A DNA stretch of 64,000 nucleotides from Candidatus Bathyarchaeota archaeon (lineage in GTDB: Archaea; Thermoproteota; Bathyarchaeia; Bathyarchaeales; Bathycorpusculaceae). A program made the position numbers and the translations under genes. Positions 60,328 through 64,000 of the stretch are shown piece after piece. Position 1 is the first letter of the stretch. Each line of letters begins with the position of its first letter. Location: NCBI GenBank assembly GCA_963707955.1, contig OY970176.1:1696001-1760000 (forward strand), written 5' to 3'. Under the pieces are notes generated by a model. It was not told the DNA's origin. It saw only the letters and a program-made list of their open reading frames with translations, and did not search any database.

Positions 60328-62763
60328 CTAACTTACTTCCAAAGCTTTCTTAAAGACTTCTTTGGCCTTTTCAATTTCCTCTGGCTTAACTTTGTCTACG
60401 GTCAATTTCATCTCGCGGATTTTTGAAGCGAACTTCTCGCCCTCAGCGGCTGAACACCATAAAAGCTGCAGTCTTTCCTTGTTCAGTCCACTCTGCTCCA
60501 TCTTCTTCCAGAATCGTTCCACCCGCTTTTGCGTTTGGTAGTTGGCGTTTATGTAGTGGCAGTCTCCGATGTGGCAGCCGCTTACCAATACCGTTGCGGC
60601 TCCTCTTGCGAACGCTCTTTCAATAAACTTGGGTGCCACCCGGCCGGAACACATGGTTCTGATTATGCGCACGTTCGGCGGGTACTGCATTCTACTGACT
60701 CCCGCGAAGTCTGCGCCCGCGTAAGAGCACCAGTTGCAGTTGAACGCTACGATCTTCTTGTCTGCGTCATGCTCCGTGACGGCGTCTATCTGCCCGATTA
60801 TCTGGTCATCAGTGAAGTGGCTCTGCGTGAGAGCGCCGAAGGCGCATTCTGCTGCGCATGAGCCGCATCCGCCGCAGGCGGCCTCGATGATTTCGATGCA
60901 TTTCTTTTCCTTGTTGAGAGTTATTGCGTTGTATGGGCAGACTTTGACGCATAGTCCACACGCCTTGCATTTTTCTGGAAAGACTATGGGCGTGATGGCT
61001 TCAACAGTCACTTTTCCTTTCGCCATCAGTATGCCTGCACGCGCTGCCGCCGCGCTTGCTTGGGTCACACTGTCCTTTATGTCCTTGGGAGACTCGGCGC
61101 AGCCCGCGAAGAAGATGCCCCCTGTTGCAGCGTCCACCGGTCTCAGCTTGGGGTGTGCTTCCAAGAAGAAGCCATCCTGGTTTCTTGACAGTGTCAGCAT
61201 CCGCTGGATCATTTCGCTGTCCTTTCGGGCTTCTAAGCCTATTGACAGAATGGCCATGTCAGCTCTTATCTTGTAAACTTCGTTTTTCAGCGTGTCTTCT
61301 CCGATGAGCCAAAGGTTGTGGGTTTTTCTGTCCTCCTTTATCTCTGCTGGCAACCCGCGAATGAACACGACGCCCTCTCCTCTGGACCGTTTGTAAAGGT
61401 CTTCGAAACCTTTTCCGTAGGCTCTTATGTCAACGTAGAACACGTAGATCTCGGTGTCCGGCCAGTGCTCCTTGATGAGCAAGCTGTCCTTGATTGTGTT
61501 CATGCAGCAGACATTGCTGCAGTAAAGCTTTCCCGCCTTGTCCGAACGGGAGCCCACGCACTGGACGAACGCTACGCGTTTCGGAATCTGTTTGTCACTG
61601 GGTCTTATCAGGTGTCCTCCTGACGGGCCGCCTGCATTGATTAACCTCTCGAACTCGAGTGAGGTGATGACGTTTGGAAACTTGCCGTAACCATAGTTGG
61701 GCAACACTGAAGGGTCAAAAACGTCTGCGCCCGTCGCGACTATTATCGTGCCCACTTCGATCTCTTCGGTTTCAGGTTTCATCTCGAACTTTATCGCTTG
61801 CCTTTCGCATGCTTTTATGCACTTGTCGCAGACGATCACGCCTTCCTTGTTGAGGCAGAGGTTCATGTCAACAATGTACGTGGACGGAACTGCCTGAGCG
61901 AACGGTGTGAAAATCCCGTGTCTTATGGCTAATCCTACGTCAAACTCGTTTGGAGCAACTATGGGGCAGACTTTTACGCATTCTCCGCAGGCTGAGCAGT
62001 CCTTAGTGACGTAGCGTGGTTTCTTGAGCACTTTAACATGGAAGTTGCCTATGTACCCCTTCACATCCGTAACTTCGCTGTTGGTCAACAACTCAATGTT
62101 TGGGTGATGGCCCACATCGGACATTTTTGGCGCCAGTATGCAAATCGAGCAGTCCATCGTGGGGAAAGTCTTGTCTATACGCGCCATCATCCCGCCTATG
62201 CTGGGCTCTTTCTCAACCACGTACACTCCGTAACCAGTGTCCGCAAGGTCCAGAGCAGCTTGGATACCGGCAACTCCACCGCCTATGACCAGAGCCTTTC
62301 GGGTGATCGGCACTTCAGCCTCTTCTGCGGGCTGAAGAAGGGCAACCTTGGCCACGGCCATCTTAACCAAGTCTTTGGCCTTTTCCGTAGCTGCCTCGCG
62401 GTCATGGAGGTGAACCCAACTGCAGTGTTCACGGATGTTGGCCATTTCGAAGAGGTACTTGTTCAGCCCGGCTTCTTCACACGCTTTCCTGAAGGTTGGT
62501 TCGTGAAGCCTGGGAGAGCATGACGCAACCACAACTCGATTGAGCTTGTGCTCTTTGATGTCCTTCTTTATGCCCGCTTGGCCCTGATCTGAACACGTGT
62601 AACGGTTATCCAGCGCTAGGACAACGTGCGGCAACGTGCCCGCAAACTTTGCTACTTCCGCGCAGTCCAAGGAGCCAGCGATGTTCAAGCCACAGTGACA
62701 GACGTACACTCCTATGCGAGGTTCCTCTTCCTGTTTTGACTGTGGTTCCTTGTTTTCCGCCAT
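60328..62763 (-). CDS. hdrA: HdrA-MvhD fusion flavoprotein
   Basis: GVYVCHCG, ANIREHCSW, GGGVAG, DKTFPT, QCVGSR, CSNVCC; C-terminal CNWCSYAGAD..MCSGRV..GCHIGDCHY (MvhD). Confidence 0.93.
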   Translation of the reverse strand: MAENKEPQSKQEEEPRIGVYVCHCGLNIAGSLDCAEVAKFAGTLPHVVLALDNRYTCSDQGQAGIKKDIKEHKLNRVVVASCSPRLHEPTFRKACEEAGLNKYLFEMANIREHCSWVHLHDREAATEKAKDLVKMAVAKVALLQPAEEAEVPITRKALVIGGGVAGIQAALDLADTGYGVYVVEKEPSIGGMMARIDKTFPTMDCSICILAPKMSDVGHHPNIELLTNSEVTDVKGYIGNFHVKVLKKPRYVTKDCSACGECVKVCPIVAPNEFDVGLAIRHGIFTPFAQAVPSTYIVDMNLCLNKEGVIVCDKCIKACERQAIKFEMKPETEEIEVGTIIVATGADVFDPSVLPNYGYGKFPNVITSLEFERLINAGGPSGGHLIRPSDKQIPKRVAFVQCVGSRSDKAGKLYCSNVCCMNTIKDSLLIKEHWPDTEIYVFYVDIRAYGKGFEDLYKRSRGEGVVFIRGLPAEIKEDRKTHNLWLIGEDTLKNEVYKIRADMAILSIGLEARKDSEMIQRMLTLSRNQDGFFLEAHPKLRPVDAATGGIFFAGCAESPKDIKDSVTQASAAAARAGILMAKGKVTVEAITPIVFPEKCKACGLCVKVCPYNAITLNKEKKCIEIIEAACGGCGSCAAECAFGALTQSHFTDDQIIGQIDAVTEHDADKKIVAFNCNWCSYAGADFAGVSRMQYPPNVRIIRTMCSGRVAPKFIERAFARGAATVLVSGCHIGDCHYINANYQTQKRVERFWKKMEQSGLNKERLQLLWCSAAEGEKFASKIREMKLTVDKVKPEEIEKAKEVFKKALEVS

Positions 62764-62767
62764 CAGT

Positions 62768-64000
62768 TTATCCTTCCCTCAAAGACTTCATGTGATTCTC
62801 AATCGATTCCGCCGCGCGTTTCCCATCGCGGATCGCCTCTATCACGGAAACCGGTCCGCTAACAGCGTCTCCGCCTCCGAAAACTCCAGGCAGGCTGGTC
62901 TCCATCGTTATCGGGTCCACCCAGAGCGTTCCATCTTCGTTCAACCCAACATCTTTCGGCAAAAACTCCAGATCAGGAGATTCGCCTATCGCAAGAATAA
63001 CCATGTCCGTTTCCCGCTTGAACTCCGACCCTTCCACCAGAATCGCCTTTCTACGGCCAGTTTCATCTGGCTCACCCAGCTGCATGCGGACGCACTCAAT
63101 CGCGCAGACTTTGCCGTTTTCACCCAGAATCTTCTTGGGCGAAACGAGAAATTCGATTGTCACCTCTTCATGTTCAGCCTCTTCAACTTCGCGCGGGTTT
63201 GCAGGCATCTCATCCTCGGACCTGCGATAAAGAATAGCTACTTCGTTTGCCCCAAGGCAGCGCGCTGTTCTGGCCGCGTCGACGGCAACGTTTCCCCCGC
63301 CTACCACAACGACGTTCTTTCCAACGTCGACCTTCTTACCGAGGTTCGAGTCCCACAGAAAATCGAGAGCGTTAGTTACGCCTTTCAAGTCCGAGCCTTC
63401 AGCCTTCAGTTTTTGGCTCCTGTGGGCTCCTGCGCCTATGAAAACCGTCTTGTAGCCTTCTTTCTTCAAATCCGCAAAGCCCACGTCCTTGCCAATCTTC
63501 ATGCCCGTTTTGAATTCCACGCCCAGGTTCTTTATGAACTGAATCTCTTTGGCAACGACCTGTTTTGGCAAGCGACTCTGCGGTATGCCTTTCCTCAGCA
63601 TCCCGCCTGGCTCTGAAAGAGCTTCAAAAACTGTGACCGCGTATCCTTTTCGTCCCAACTCGTAGGCAACGGTGAGCCCAGCAGGGCCAGAGCCGATGAC
63701 CGCAACTTTCTCCTTCGAGGACTTCGTTGCTTTCTTTCTCTTCTTCATCTTGAACAATTCTTCCCGCATTTGCTCAATTTTCTCCAAGACAGTCTCCTTT
63801 TTCAGTCCAGCACGTTCTGGATGAAAACAAACTAACGTCGTCACAAGGGGAAGAGGAACATTCCTTACGATCTTCTGCAGCGCTTTGTCGAGTGCTTGCG
63901 TGTGTCCTTGGCTCACTGCAGCTGACCGCATGAACAAGAATATTTCGGGCAGGTTCAACCCTTGGGGGCAACGTTCGTGACATCGATAACACCATGCGCA
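62768..64000 (-). CDS. 5'-partial HdrC-like Fe-S domain fused to a GltD/NfnB-like FAD/NAD(P) oxidoreductase
   Basis: Frame is open to the window end (CAWCYRCHERCPQGLNL), then IGSGPAG, GGGNVAVDAAR, YRR, GGDAVSGP. Confidence 0.8.
   Translation of the reverse strand, partial: CAWCYRCHERCPQGLNLPEIFLFMRSAAVSQGHTQALDKALQKIVRNVPLPLVTTLVCFHPERAGLKKETVLEKIEQMREELFKMKKRKKATKSSKEKVAVIGSGPAGLTVAYELGRKGYAVTVFEALSEPGGMLRKGIPQSRLPKQVVAKEIQFIKNLGVEFKTGMKIGKDVGFADLKKEGYKTVFIGAGAHRSQKLKAEGSDLKGVTNALDFLWDSNLGKKVDVGKNVVVVGGGNVAVDAARTARCLGANEVAILYRRSEDEMPANPREVEEAEHEEVTIEFLVSPKKILGENGKVCAIECVRMQLGEPDETGRRKAILVEGSEFKRETDMVILAIGESPDLEFLPKDVGLNEDGTLWVDPITMETSLPGVFGGGDAVSGPVSVIEAIRDGKRAAESIENHMKSLREG

Noticed and set aside
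60328-60760. Selenocysteine in MvhD/HdrA
   Set aside because: The frames are open with Cys codons and contain no in-frame TGA.
624-63616. Long antisense ORFs (e.g. 624-1385, 11351-12235, 26950-27678, 62714-63616)
   Set aside because: They are shadows of well-supported genes on the opposite strand.

Overview
Archaeal chromosomal window, most likely Bathyarchaeia (inferred from eS25, a histone, TFE-beta, KEOPS genes, HdrA-MvhD and dockerin-tailed exoproteins). Housekeeping and metabolic genes make up most of it: rps25e, rps17e, rps15, rps3ae, serS, kae1/bud32/pcc1, psmB, nadC, nadM, gyaR, a glycerate kinase, cofE, korDABC and hdr genes. Five patterns are not explained by the ORF track. (1) 18614-23970 is a tandem stack of cargo-carrying IS6-type transposons at the same 8-bp site CTTTATCA. 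It includes a 4.26-kb autonomous element with a SWIM-fused transposase and an unannotated divergent ribbon-helix-helix gene with a tandem-repeat operator. (2) Three unrelated exoproteins end in near-identical dockerin tails, and two are followed by a headless dockerin of a different predicted specificity. (3) (CG)n tracts cluster in non-coding DNA and at gene-fragment junctions. (4) Most frameshifts are one extra base inside RGCY, which suggests base-calling errors at a modified motif. (5) An HdrC-GltD fusion and an HdrA-MvhD fusion are clustered with korDABC. No rRNA, tRNA or CRISPR array was seen. All calls are by eye, without database searches.
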